NCBI GenBank assembly: GCA_963814545.1
Contig: CAWFDC010000008.1
Location: 39,257-103,256, forward strand
Length of the DNA stretch: 64,000 nucleotides
Direction of reading: 5' to 3'
Source of the DNA: an uncultured Thermoleophilia bacterium
GTDB lineage: Bacteria > Actinomycetota > Thermoleophilia > UBA2241
Every line of letters starts with the position of its first letter. Within the stretch, counting starts at the first letter, position 1. The notes beneath the pieces were generated by a model. It was not told where the DNA came from. It made no database searches and saw only the letters and a program-made list of their open reading frames with translations. The translations under genes were made by a program, and so were the position numbers. This document shows, one piece after another, positions 1-9,213 of the stretch.

Positions 1-643
1 GACGACTCCCGACGGCACCCGCATCGTGACCATCGCCGGGGTGCCGTACCTGCCGATCCTCGGCCTCAACTCGCACGGCGTGGCCTGCGTCGGCAACTCG
101 GTCTACTCGAGCGACAACCGCCACGGCGTGCCCAACGTCTTCATCCGCCGCTGGGTGCTCGAGGCGCCCTCCCTGGAGGAGGCGGTCGCGCGCGCCTGCT
201 TCCCCGTGCGCGCGCGCGGTACGAACTACACCCTCGCCGACCGCGAGGGCCGTCTCTGGGACCTCGAGACCTCGGGGCACGCCGCCGTGCTGATCGAGGG
301 CGGGGCCACGCTCGCCCACACGAACCACTACGTGCACCCGGCGATGGCCGTCTTCGAGGGCTACCACAAGGAGGAGTCGCGCCTGCGCCTGCGGCAGGCC
401 GAGGACGAGCTCGCCGCCGGGGTGGCGCGCGGTGAGGACCCGCGCGACCTCGTCGCGCGCGTCCTCACCCTGCACGACGGCGGCCCCGACGCGATCTGCG
501 GCCACCCCGACGAGACCCTTCCGGTGGCCGAACAGGTCATGACCGTGGCGAGCCTGATCTGCGACCTCGACGCCCTGCGCGTCGAGGCCTGTGCGGGGCC
601 GCCCTGCGAGAACGAGTACCGCGTCTTCGAGGCCGGAGTCTGA
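1..643 (+). CDS. Peptidase C45 / Ntn-hydrolase family protein (5'-truncated by window edge)
   Basis: GLNSHGVACVGN, HTNHY and ICGH...TVASLI motifs typical of C45 acyltransferase/hydrolases; frame is open to the window start; stop overlaps the next ATG (TGATG). Confidence 0.75.
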   Translation, partial: TTPDGTRIVTIAGVPYLPILGLNSHGVACVGNSVYSSDNRHGVPNVFIRRWVLEAPSLEEAVARACFPVRARGTNYTLADREGRLWDLETSGHAAVLIEGGATLAHTNHYVHPAMAVFEGYHKEESRLRLRQAEDELAAGVARGEDPRDLVARVLTLHDGGPDAICGHPDETLPVAEQVMTVASLICDLDALRVEACAGPPCENEYRVFEAGV

Positions 644-2286
644 TGGCCGTCCACGACCTCGTCATCTCCGGCGGCCGGGTGGTCGACGGCTGCGGCAACC
701 CCTGGTACCACGGCGACGTGGCCGTCCGCGGCCGCCGCATCGCGGCCGTCGGCGCGCCGGGCACGCTGCGCGGCCGGCGCACGATCGACGCCGCCGGGCG
801 CTACGTCACCCCGGGCTTCGTCGACCCTCACACGCACTCCGACGTCTCCATCCTCGCCTACCCGCGCGCCGACTCGGCGGTCCGCCAGGGCGTCACCACC
901 CACGTCACCGGCAACTGCGGCATGGGTGCGGCGCCGGTCGTGGAGCGCTTCAAGGACGACCTGCTCCGCGAGTGGGACTACTACTGGGGGGCGGAGGTCT
1001 CCTGGGACTGGCGCAGCTTCGCCGCCTACCTGCGGGCGATCGAGGCGCAAGGCACGGCGATCAACATCGCGCCGCTGGTCGGGCACGGCGCCCTGCGCAT
1101 CGGCGCGATGGGCTTCGCCGAGCGCGCCGCGACGCCGAAGGAGCTCGACGTCATGCGCCGCCTGCTCGACGCCAGCATGCGCGCCGGCGCCCACGGGCTC
1201 TCGACCGGTCTCGTCTACCCACCGGGGTGCTTCGCCGACACGGCCGAGATCGTCACTTTGTGCGAGGTCGTCGCCCGCCACCACGGTCTCTACACCTCGC
1301 ACATCCGCGGCGAGCGCGAGACCGTGATGGAGGCGGTGGCCGAGGCGATCGCCATCGGCCGCGCCGCCGGCGTCCCGGTCGAGGTCTCCCACAACGCGCC
1401 CAAATGGGGGGCGCCGGAGGAGTCGCGCGGCAATCTCGAGCTGGCCGAGGCCGCGCGCCGCGACGGTCACGACGTGACCGTCGACAACGACAGCCACACC
1501 GAGCTCGCGCCGCGCATGTCGCGCGCCCTTCCGCAGCCGCTGCTCGATCTGCCGCACGAGCGGCTCATGGCCCTGCTCGCCGACCGCCGCGAGCGTGCCA
1601 ACGTGCGCCGTGCCTGCGAGACCGACGAGCTCCCGGGCCCCGGCTACGCGGGGCTCGTCAAGCACGGCCGCTTCGAGCGCATCTGGGTCCTGCACGCCCC
1701 GCGCCAGCCGGAGCTGCGCGGCCAGACCGTGGCCGCCGTCGCCGAGGCTCGCGGCGCCGACCCCTTCGACACCTTCCTCGACCTCATCGTCGAGGAGGAC
1801 GACCGCATCGTCGGCATCTTCGAGTACATCGCCGGGTCCGAGATCCGTCGCGTGCTCGCGCACCCGCTGGTGATGGCGTGCTCGGACGGCCTCGTCATGC
1901 CGCCGGCCGAGCAGCTCGAGGACACCGAGATGTACTGGCCCTGCAGCTACGGCGAGTACCCCGGCATCCTCGAGCGCTACGTGCGCGACGAGCCGCTGCT
2001 GCGCTTGGAGGAGGCGATCCGCAAGATGACCTCCTTCCCGGCGCAGCGCTTCGGGTTGCACGACCGCGGGGTGCTGCGGCCGGGGCTGGCCGCCGACGTC
2101 GTGGTCTTCGACCTCGAGCGCCTGCGCGACCGGGCCACCAACCCGTGGCCGCACAGCTTCCCCTTCGAGAACGTGCCGCACGGCTACCCGGAGGGCATCG
2201 ACGTCGTCCTCGTCAACGGGGCGGTCGTCGTCGACGGCGGCGAGCACACGGGGGCGCTGCCCGGGCGCGTCCTGCGCCGCCGCTGA
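643..2286 (+). CDS. N-acyl-D-amino-acid deacylase (D-aminoacylase, amidohydrolase superfamily)
   Basis: PGFVDPHTHSD, QGVTT..GNCG, STGLVYPPG, SHIRGE, RKMTSFPA..FGL.DRG..ADVVVFD. Confidence 0.9.
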   Translation: MAVHDLVISGGRVVDGCGNPWYHGDVAVRGRRIAAVGAPGTLRGRRTIDAAGRYVTPGFVDPHTHSDVSILAYPRADSAVRQGVTTHVTGNCGMGAAPVVERFKDDLLREWDYYWGAEVSWDWRSFAAYLRAIEAQGTAINIAPLVGHGALRIGAMGFAERAATPKELDVMRRLLDASMRAGAHGLSTGLVYPPGCFADTAEIVTLCEVVARHHGLYTSHIRGERETVMEAVAEAIAIGRAAGVPVEVSHNAPKWGAPEESRGNLELAEAARRDGHDVTVDNDSHTELAPRMSRALPQPLLDLPHERLMALLADRRERANVRRACETDELPGPGYAGLVKHGRFERIWVLHAPRQPELRGQTVAAVAEARGADPFDTFLDLIVEEDDRIVGIFEYIAGSEIRRVLAHPLVMACSDGLVMPPAEQLEDTEMYWPCSYGEYPGILERYVRDEPLLRLEEAIRKMTSFPAQRFGLHDRGVLRPGLAADVVVFDLERLRDRATNPWPHSFPFENVPHGYPEGIDVVLVNGAVVVDGGEHTGALPGRVLRRR

Positions 2287-2586
2287 CCCGTTCTGCTGCG
2301 CTGGAGCCGGGCCGGCACCGCGGCCGGCCGGCCACGCCGCCGCCGCCCGGTCTGCTGTGCCGGGCCCGAGCCGCCGCCGGCCGCACCGCTCGGGGGCAGA
2401 GCCGCTGCACCGCGGGCCGCCGGTCGCGCACCCACCTGACATCGCGTCCAATCGTGCTCCATCGTGGCCCGCCGGCGCCGGTCGTGGTGCTCCAATTGCA
2501 CTTGGACATCGTGTAGAGTTGCGGGGCCCGCGGCAGGAGCCGCGGGCCCCGGTCACCACGATTCGAGAAAGGCAGGGAGAAGGACC

Positions 2587-3756
2587 ATGGCAGCAGACCC
2601 GACGACCTACGACATCGAGCTCGAGCACGTCACCAAGCGCTTCGGCGACTTCGTCGCCGTGAAGGACATGGACCTCAAGATCCGCAAGGGCGAGTTCTTC
2701 TCCCTCCTCGGCCCGTCGGGGTGCGGCAAGACCACGACGCTGCGCATGGTGGCCGGCTTCGAGCAGCCCACCGAGGGCGAGATCTACCTCGGCAACGCCC
2801 CCGTCGCCGGCGTGCCGCCCTACAAGCGCAACGTCAACACCGTCTTCCAGAACTACGCCCTCTTCCCGCACCTCTCGGTCTGGGACAACGTCGCCTTCGG
2901 CCTCAAGCGCAAGAAGGTCGAGAAGACGGAGATGCAGCAGCGCGTCGGCGAGGCCCTCGAGATGGTCGAGATGGACCAGATGCAGGACCGCAAGCCGCAT
3001 CAGCTCTCGGGCGGCCAGCAGCAGCGCGTCGCGCTCGCGCGGGCGCTGGTCAACCGCCCGATGGTCCTGCTCCTCGACGAGCCGCTCGGGGCCCTCGACG
3101 CCAAGCTGCGCAAGGCGATGCAGCTCGAGCTCAAGAAGCTGCAGAGCGACGTCGGCATCACCTTCATCTACGTCACGCACGACCAGGAGGAGGCGCTCAC
3201 GATGAGCGACCGCCTCGCCGTGATGAGCCAGGGGCTGGTCGAGCAGATCGGCTCGCCGGCCGACATCTACGAGAACCCGCAGTCGGCCTTCGTGGCCAAC
3301 TTCATCGGCGTCTCCAACATCTATCTCTCCGACGTCGTCAAGGTCGACGGCGAGATCGCCGAGTGCCGCACCGACAAGGGCCTCGGGGTCCTGGTCGACG
3401 TCCGCGGTCACGACACGAGGGCCGGGCAGAAGGTCGGCGTCGTGATCAGGCCCGAGAAGATCTCGATCGCCCCCGCGGAGGACGCCGCTGAGGTCGCCGA
3501 CCGCGAGAACGCGTACGACGGCGTCATCAAGGCGGTCGTCTACATCGGGTCGGTGACGCAGTTCATCGTCGACGTCGAGGGCAAGCACCTCGCGCAGGTG
3601 CTCTACCAGAACCTCTACCACGCCGAGCGCAAGGAGTGGGTCGCCGGCCAGCAGGTCAAGATCGCCTTCTGGAAGGACAGCTGCTCCGTCATCACCGACG
3701 TCGACAAGGGCATGGCCGACAAGGACCTCATGGGCGAGGTCGTCAGGCGTATGTGA
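2587..3756 (+). CDS. potA: Spermidine/putrescine-type ABC transporter ATP-binding subunit
   Basis: GPSGCGKT Walker [38 protein letters not shown]-terminal TOBE-like domain; AAGGA RBS. Confidence 0.85.
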   Translation: MAADPTTYDIELEHVTKRFGDFVAVKDMDLKIRKGEFFSLLGPSGCGKTTTLRMVAGFEQPTEGEIYLGNAPVAGVPPYKRNVNTVFQNYALFPHLSVWDNVAFGLKRKKVEKTEMQQRVGEALEMVEMDQMQDRKPHQLSGGQQQRVALARALVNRPMVLLLDEPLGALDAKLRKAMQLELKKLQSDVGITFIYVTHDQEEALTMSDRLAVMSQGLVEQIGSPADIYENPQSAFVANFIGVSNIYLSDVVKVDGEIAECRTDKGLGVLVDVRGHDTRAGQKVGVVIRPEKISIAPAEDAAEVADRENAYDGVIKAVVYIGSVTQFIVDVEGKHLAQVLYQNLYHAERKEWVAGQQVKIAFWKDSCSVITDVDKGMADKDLMGEVVRRM

Positions 3757-3845
3757 CCGGTGGCGGCGGGGCGCCCTTCCACGGCGCCCCGCCGCCACAC
3801 GCGAACGGACGTGACCGGCCGGGCCGGTCGCCGAGGCAGGGCGCG

Positions 3846-5498
3846 ATGATCACGGTGCAGGACATCCTCGAGATCCCCGACCTCAACCTGCGGCTGCTCG
3901 CCGGCGGCAAGTCGACCAGCAACCCGGTGCGCTGGGTCCACATCACCGAGGTGCCCGACCCGACGCGCTGGCTCCGGGGCGGCGAGCTGCTGCTGACCAC
4001 GGGCTACGGCTTCGTCGGCCCCGAGGAGCAGCAGTTCGCCCAGCTCAAGCAGCTGATCGACCACAACATCTCGGGCCTCGGGTTCGGCACCGGCTTCAGC
4101 TTCGAGAAGATCCCGGAGTGTCTCGTGCGGCTCGCCGAAGAGTACAGCTTCCCGCTCTTCGAGGTGCCCTACCACGTGCCGTTCATCGCCATAACCGAGG
4201 CGGTGGCCTCGAAGATCGTCAACGAGCAGTACGCGCTGCTGCAGCGCAGCCTCGCCGTCCACGAGAAGCTCACCAAGATCGTGCTCGAGGAGAAGGGCCT
4301 CGAGGCGATCCTCTCGACCCTCTCGGCGCTCGTCGGCTGTTCTGCCGTCCTCTTCGACTTCCACGGTGTCGTGCTCTGCGAAGCCACCTACCGGCGGCAC
4401 CTCGGCGCCGCGCTGGTCGCCGACCTCTGGCGGAACATCTCCGACCACCGCGCCGACCGCCAGGACTTCCGCCTCGCCGTCGACGGCGTCGGCACCGGGG
4501 TGCAGGTCTACCCCGTCGTCGCCTCGCACCGCATCGGCGCCTTCCTTGCCGTGGTCAAGGACTCGGGCGACTTCTCGGACTACGACCGCATCATCCTGCA
4601 CCACGTCGTCACCGTCACCGCCCTCGAGCTGGTCAAGAAGAAGGCGGTCGCCGAGACCGAGAAGCGGCTCGCCGGCGACTTCTTCGACGAGCTCATCGCC
4701 AGCGACCTCTACGAGGAGGAGATCGCCCGCCGGCTCGTCTTCTTCGGCCTCGACCCGGAGGCCGAGCACCTGATCCTGCTGGTCGACATCGACGGGCTCC
4801 CGGCCTCGGGCGACGGTGACCGCGAACGGGCGGCGCTGCAAGACGTCAAGGAGCGCCTGCACTGGGCGGTCGACGAGTTCATGGCCAGGCGCGAGCCGCT
4901 CTTCATCTCGGCCTCGCGCAGCGACGTGGTCGTCGTCCTCGTACAGCCGGGCCGCGAAGAGGGACGCGAGATACTGGCCATGGCCGGCGAGCTGCAGGCG
5001 ACGATCGACCGCATGCTGCCCGAGGTGACCGTGTCCATCGGCATCGGGCGTCCGCACCGTCCCCTGGTCGACCTGCGACAGAGCTACTACGAGGCCCACT
5101 ACGCGATCAAGATCCGCCGCCTCAAGGAGGCCGGCGGGGTCATCGCCAGCTTCGACGACCTCGGCTCCTACGGGCTGCTGCTCGGCCTGCAGGACACGCT
5201 CTCGCTCGAGGTCTTCTACGACAGCGTCCTCGGCCGCCTGCAGGAGTACGACCGGCAGAACTCGAGCGACCTCGTCAAGAGTCTCGCCTGCTTCCTCGAG
5301 GCCAACGGCCATTGGGGCGACGCCGCCGAGAAGCTCTACGTGCACCGCCACACCCTGCGCTACCGGATGAAGCGCGTGGAGGAGATCACCGGCCGCAGCC
5401 TCGACGACTCGCAGGACCGCATGGAGTTCTGGCTCGCGCTCAAGGCCCGGGAGCTGATCGAGCAGTCGCGCAAGGGTACGGTCCCGCCGCAGACCTGA
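3846..5498 (+). CDS. PucR/CdaR-family transcriptional regulator
   Basis: N-terminal PucR domain (VRWVHITE.PDP..WLRGGELLLTTG) and C-terminal HTH (AAEKLYVHRHTLRYRMKRVEEITG). Confidence 0.92.
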   Translation: MITVQDILEIPDLNLRLLAGGKSTSNPVRWVHITEVPDPTRWLRGGELLLTTGYGFVGPEEQQFAQLKQLIDHNISGLGFGTGFSFEKIPECLVRLAEEYSFPLFEVPYHVPFIAITEAVASKIVNEQYALLQRSLAVHEKLTKIVLEEKGLEAILSTLSALVGCSAVLFDFHGVVLCEATYRRHLGAALVADLWRNISDHRADRQDFRLAVDGVGTGVQVYPVVASHRIGAFLAVVKDSGDFSDYDRIILHHVVTVTALELVKKKAVAETEKRLAGDFFDELIASDLYEEEIARRLVFFGLDPEAEHLILLVDIDGLPASGDGDRERAALQDVKERLHWAVDEFMARREPLFISASRSDVVVVLVQPGREEGREILAMAGELQATIDRMLPEVTVSIGIGRPHRPLVDLRQSYYEAHYAIKIRRLKEAGGVIASFDDLGSYGLLLGLQDTLSLEVFYDSVLGRLQEYDRQNSSDLVKSLACFLEANGHWGDAAEKLYVHRHTLRYRMKRVEEITGRSLDDSQDRMEFWLALKARELIEQSRKGTVPPQT

Positions 5499-5587
5499 CG
5501 CGGTCGCCGGCGGAGGGCGCCGGTCCACGACGCCTGCGCCCAAGCCCGCGCGCCTGCCCGTCTACGACGTGGCGAGCGCCCGCCGCT

Positions 5588-6397
5588 CTAGGACGTGACG
5601 AGTGCGCCCGCGTCGACGATCACGTTGACCCCCGTGACGGCGTCGTTCTCGAGGCAGAAGCGCACTCCGGCCGCGACCTGCCCGGGGGCGACGAGGCGGC
5701 CCGTGGCCCCCTTGGCGGCCGTGCGCAGGGCGGCGTCGCGGCGCTCGTCGTCGACGAGGTCGACCGGTCCGGGGGCGACGCCGCAGACGCGCACGCCGTC
5801 CGGCGCCCAGGCGCGCGCCAGCATCTTCACGAGGTGGATCTGGGCGGCCTTCGCCGCCCCGTGGGCGGCGAAGGCCGCCCACGCCTGGATGCCGAGGAGG
5901 TCGGTCACGGCGACGATCGTGCCGCGCGTCATCGGCGCCGCGCGGGGCCCGCCGTCCTGCGGTGCCGCGCCGGGCTCGTCGCCGTCCGGCGCCGCCCCGG
6001 CCGCCTGGTGCACCATCACGTCACGCGCCGCACAGGCGGTGAAGAAGAAGCCCCGCGCGACGACGTCGAACGAGGCGTCCCAGGCCGCCTCGTCGATCTC
6101 CTGCGGCGGCGTCGGCACGAAGGCGCCGCTGGCCGTGTAGAGCACGGCGTCGAGGCCGCCGAGGGCGCGCGCGGCTGCGGCGACGGCCGCGCGCGCGCCC
6201 TCGGTGGTCGCGGTGTCGGCGGCCAGTCCGACGGCGTCGGGCGGCCGCCCGAGCGTGGCCGCCGCCCGCTCGGCATCGCCGGCGTCGCGCGAGGTCAGGG
6301 CCACGCGGGCCCCAGCGGCGACGAGGTCGGCGGCGAGCTGGCGCCCGAGGCGCCGGGCCCCGCCGACGACGAGACAGCGGGCGCCGGGCAGCCTCAT
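5588..6397 (-). CDS. SDR-family oxidoreductase, pteridine-reductase-like
   Basis: GGARRLG nucleotide-binding motif, VRVCGVAPG, C-terminal VTG..VIVDAG; the catalytic motif reads HxxxK. Confidence 0.8.
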   Translation of the reverse strand: MRLPGARCLVVGGARRLGRQLAADLVAAGARVALTSRDAGDAERAAATLGRPPDAVGLAADTATTEGARAAVAAAARALGGLDAVLYTASGAFVPTPPQEIDEAAWDASFDVVARGFFFTACAARDVMVHQAAGAAPDGDEPGAAPQDGGPRAAPMTRGTIVAVTDLLGIQAWAAFAAHGAAKAAQIHLVKMLARAWAPDGVRVCGVAPGPVDLVDDERRDAALRTAAKGATGRLVAPGQVAAGVRFCLENDAVTGVNVIVDAGALVTS

Positions 6398-7512
6398 GAC
6401 GGCACCCCGCAGCCGGGCCCTGCGGACGGGCCCCTGCCAAGCGCGACGCCGTCGTCCGACGCGCCACCGTGGTCCGACGCGCCACCGTGGTCCAACGCGG
6501 CGCTGTCGCCGGCGAGGTCCTCGTACAGGCACGCGGCGATACGCGCGATGACCTGCGGGGCACGCGCCGTCGCCGCGAGCGACAGCCCTTTGCAGAAGAC
6601 CACCATGACGAGCGGCACCTTCTCGCGCGTGTAGACGAGGGCGGCGTCGTTACTGGTGCCGCTCACGCCACCGGTCTTGTTGGCGATCAGGAGCTCCGGC
6701 GGCAGGCCCGCGGGGATCTTCTCGCGCCACTCCTGCCGGCTCATGACCTCGACCATGAGCCGGCAGGACGGCGCCGACGCGCAGCGTGCCTCGGCGATCA
6801 TGGCGAGCAGCTCCATGATGTCGCGCGGCGTGCCCTGGTTGTCGAGCGCCTGGTCGATGGTGAAGCCGTCGTCGTAGTCGCGCTCGCCGGAGTAGCCCCA
6901 GCGCTCGTCGTACAGGCGCTGGAATGCGGCCCCGTCGAGACCGGCGTTCTCGTCGAGCAGGCGGCGCAGCGCGGCGCCGGTGGTCCCCGTCGCCTCGAAC
7001 TCGCGCCACCGCGCGACCACGCCGGCGCCGTCGAGGGCCTGCCAGTCGCGGCCCGCCCCGCAGCCCATGAGGAAGTACTCGCGGTCGGGCAGAGAGCAGT
7101 CGATGTCAGTCAGACCGAGCGCCCTCATCGCCGCGTTCACGCTGCCGAGGCCGACCCTGCGCCAGAGCATGTCGGTGGCGGTGTTGTCGCTCAGGGTGAT
7201 CATCAGGTAGAGCAGGTCGCGGACCGTCGGCGCGAGCCCGGGATGGCAGTGGATCAGCGTGCTGCCTGGGCTCTTGTCGGCCTCGGCCAGCGTGAGACGC
7301 TCGTCGAGACGGAGCGCCCCACGGTCGACCTGGCGCATGACCTCGACCATCACCGGGATCTTGAAGACGCTCGCCAGGGGGAAGCCCTCGTCGGCGCGGT
7401 GCGCGACGGTGACGCCGGTGGCCAGGTTGCGGGCGCACACGCCGACCGTGCCGCCGAGCTCGGCGCCGAGGTCGTCAAGGCGGGCGGCGGTGCACTCTCG
7501 CGCTGGGTCCAT
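6394..7512 (-). CDS. Class A beta-lactamase-like serine hydrolase
   Basis: SxxK (ASVFK), SDN and KTG motifs; GGAG RBS upstream; no signal peptide visible. Confidence 0.85.
   Translation of the reverse strand: MDPARECTAARLDDLGAELGGTVGVCARNLATGVTVAHRADEGFPLASVFKIPVMVEVMRQVDRGALRLDERLTLAEADKSPGSTLIHCHPGLAPTVRDLLYLMITLSDNTATDMLWRRVGLGSVNAAMRALGLTDIDCSLPDREYFLMGCGAGRDWQALDGAGVVARWREFEATGTTGAALRRLLDENAGLDGAAFQRLYDERWGYSGERDYDDGFTIDQALDNQGTPRDIMELLAMIAEARCASAPSCRLMVEVMSRQEWREKIPAGLPPELLIANKTGGVSGTSNDAALVYTREKVPLVMVVFCKGLSLAATARAPQVIARIAACLYEDLAGDSAALDHGGASDHGGASDDGVALGRGPSAGPGCGVPS
6454..6499. repeat. 18-bp tandem repeat (about 2.5 copies), encodes DHGGAS in the serine hydrolase tail
   Basis: GTCCGACGCGCCACCGTG repeated at 6454 and 6472, partial at 6490. 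Confidence 0.85.
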
Positions 7513-7676
7513 CCCGGCGGCTCCCTCGGTCGTCTGCGGTAAATATAGAGCAGCCCCCCGGCGGCGGCCACACAGCGCCGTGGGGCGGACCTCGAGCCGA
7601 GTCCGGAGGTGAGTCGTGGTCCGCGACGCCGACGTGCTCGGCGGGCACTCCCGAAGACGGCTGAGACGCGCGGGCG

Positions 7677-7738
7677 TGCCGGGCCCGCCAGTTCGAGCAC
7701 GGGTTGCCGGGCCCCTCAGTTCGAGCACGTGGTGCCGG
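7677..7738. repeat. 28-bp direct repeat (2 copies plus a partial) upstream of ald
   Basis: TGCCGGGCCCnnCAGTTCGAGCACG at 7677 and 7705; TGCCGG again at 7733. Confidence 0.8.
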
Positions 7739-7853
7739 TCGAGCTTTTCAAATGGGGATGCGACTGTTACATTCCGACCGGGAACGCACAAGTCCGCACA
7801 CTAACTAACATCCGGACGCAGCCGCCATTCGGGAAGTGGAACGAGGAGGAAAG

Positions 7854-8972
7854 ATGATCGTCGGTGTCCCCAGGGAGATCAAGAACGAGGAGTACCGCGT
7901 CTCGATGACGCCGAACGGCGTGAAGGAGTTCGTCCGCGCCGGGCACGCGGTCGTGGTCGAGAAGGGCGCCGGCATCGGTGCCGGCTTCGACGACGTGGCC
8001 TACGCTGCCGCCGGCGCCGAGATGGCGTCCGTCGACGACGTTTGGGCCCGCGCCGACATGATCTACAAGGTCAAGGAACCCCTGCCCTCCGAGTACGGCA
8101 AGTTCAAGCCGGGACAGATCCTCTACACCTACCTGCACCTCGCCGCCGCGTACGCGCGCGAGCTCACCGACGCGATGATCGCCGCCGACATCCGCGGCAT
8201 CGCCTTCGAGACGGTGGAGCTGCCCAGCGGCGCCCATCCGCTGCTCTTCCCGATGAGCGAGGTCGCCGGCAAGCTGTCCATCCAGGCCGGCGCCGTCCAC
8301 CTGCAGAAGAACAACGGCGGCCGCGGCGTGCTCCTCGGCGGCGTGACCGGCGTGCCCAAGGCCAAGGTCGTCATCATCGGCGGCGGTACGGTCGGCACCA
8401 ACGCCGCCAAGATCGCCGTGGGCATGGGTGCCCGCACCGTCGTCATGGACAGCTACGCCCCCCGTCTCACCTACCTCGACGACGTCTTCGGCGGCTCCAT
8501 CGAGACCGTCCTCAGCACCTCGGCCGCGATCGAAGAAGAGATCAAGGACGCCGATATCGTCGTCGGCGGCGTGCTGCTCCCCGGCGGCGCCCAGGCCCCG
8601 CACCTCGTCAAGAAGGCCTTTCTCAAGGAGATGCAGCCCGGTTCAGTCCTCGTCGACGTCGCCATCGACCAGGGCGGCTGCTTCGAGACCTCGAAGCCCA
8701 CGACGCACACCGACCCGACCTACGTGGTCGACGGCGTCATCCACTACTGCGTGGCCAACATGCCGGGGGCCGTGGCCCGCACCTCCACCATGGCCCTCGC
8801 CGGCGCCACGCTGCCCTTCGGCGTCGCCATCGCGACCAAGGGCTTCGAGCAGGCCGTCAAGGACGATGCGGCCCTGGCGCTGGGCGTCAACGTGTACCGC
8901 GGCAAGCTCACGATCCCGTCGGTGGCCGCCGCGCACGGCCTCGAGTACACGCCGCTCGACGCGGCGCTCTGA
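7854..8972 (+). CDS. ald: Alanine dehydrogenase
   Basis: MIVGVPREIKNEEYRV, KVKEP, YLHLAA, PMSEVAG, DVAIDQGGC, HYCVANMPGAV; GAGGAGG RBS. Confidence 0.96.
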   Translation: MIVGVPREIKNEEYRVSMTPNGVKEFVRAGHAVVVEKGAGIGAGFDDVAYAAAGAEMASVDDVWARADMIYKVKEPLPSEYGKFKPGQILYTYLHLAAAYARELTDAMIAADIRGIAFETVELPSGAHPLLFPMSEVAGKLSIQAGAVHLQKNNGGRGVLLGGVTGVPKAKVVIIGGGTVGTNAAKIAVGMGARTVVMDSYAPRLTYLDDVFGGSIETVLSTSAAIEEEIKDADIVVGGVLLPGGAQAPHLVKKAFLKEMQPGSVLVDVAIDQGGCFETSKPTTHTDPTYVVDGVIHYCVANMPGAVARTSTMALAGATLPFGVAIATKGFEQAVKDDAALALGVNVYRGKLTIPSVAAAHGLEYTPLDAAL

Positions 8973-9073
8973 GGTTCGCCGCTCTTTCGCCCAGTTGGAC
9001 AAACCGCTGGCCGCGATGGTCAATCGGGTACGCCGGGGACAGTAGAGCGCCCGGGCGCAATCTGCCACAATGG

Positions 9074-9103
9074 GGCCGCGACCGGCACGTGCCGGTCGCG
9101 GCC
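9074..9103. repeat. Perfect 30-bp palindrome between ald and the AOR gene
   Basis: GGCCGCGACCGGCAC/GTGCCGGTCGCGGCC. Confidence 0.85.
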
Positions 9104-9213
9104 TTCGACTGAAGGCTCCGGCGTGCGTGGGGGCGCGCCGCGTGCGCGCCGCGGCGCGGCGCCGCGGTGACGCCCGACGCCGCGCACGAGTGTGCACGCC
9201 AAAGGAGCTGTGA

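Noticed and set aside
361-3798. Very long antisense ORFs (for example 361-3798, 26405-29029, 61327-63999) and alternative-frame ORFs
   Set aside because: They are shadows of real genes caused by high GC3 and few stop codons; the translations show no recognisable motifs.
6394-7512. Bona fide antibiotic-resistance beta-lactamase regulated by the BlaI gene at 40.5 kb
   Set aside because: No signal peptide, an atypical omega-loop region, 33 kb from the BlaI gene and no BlaR sensor in the window.
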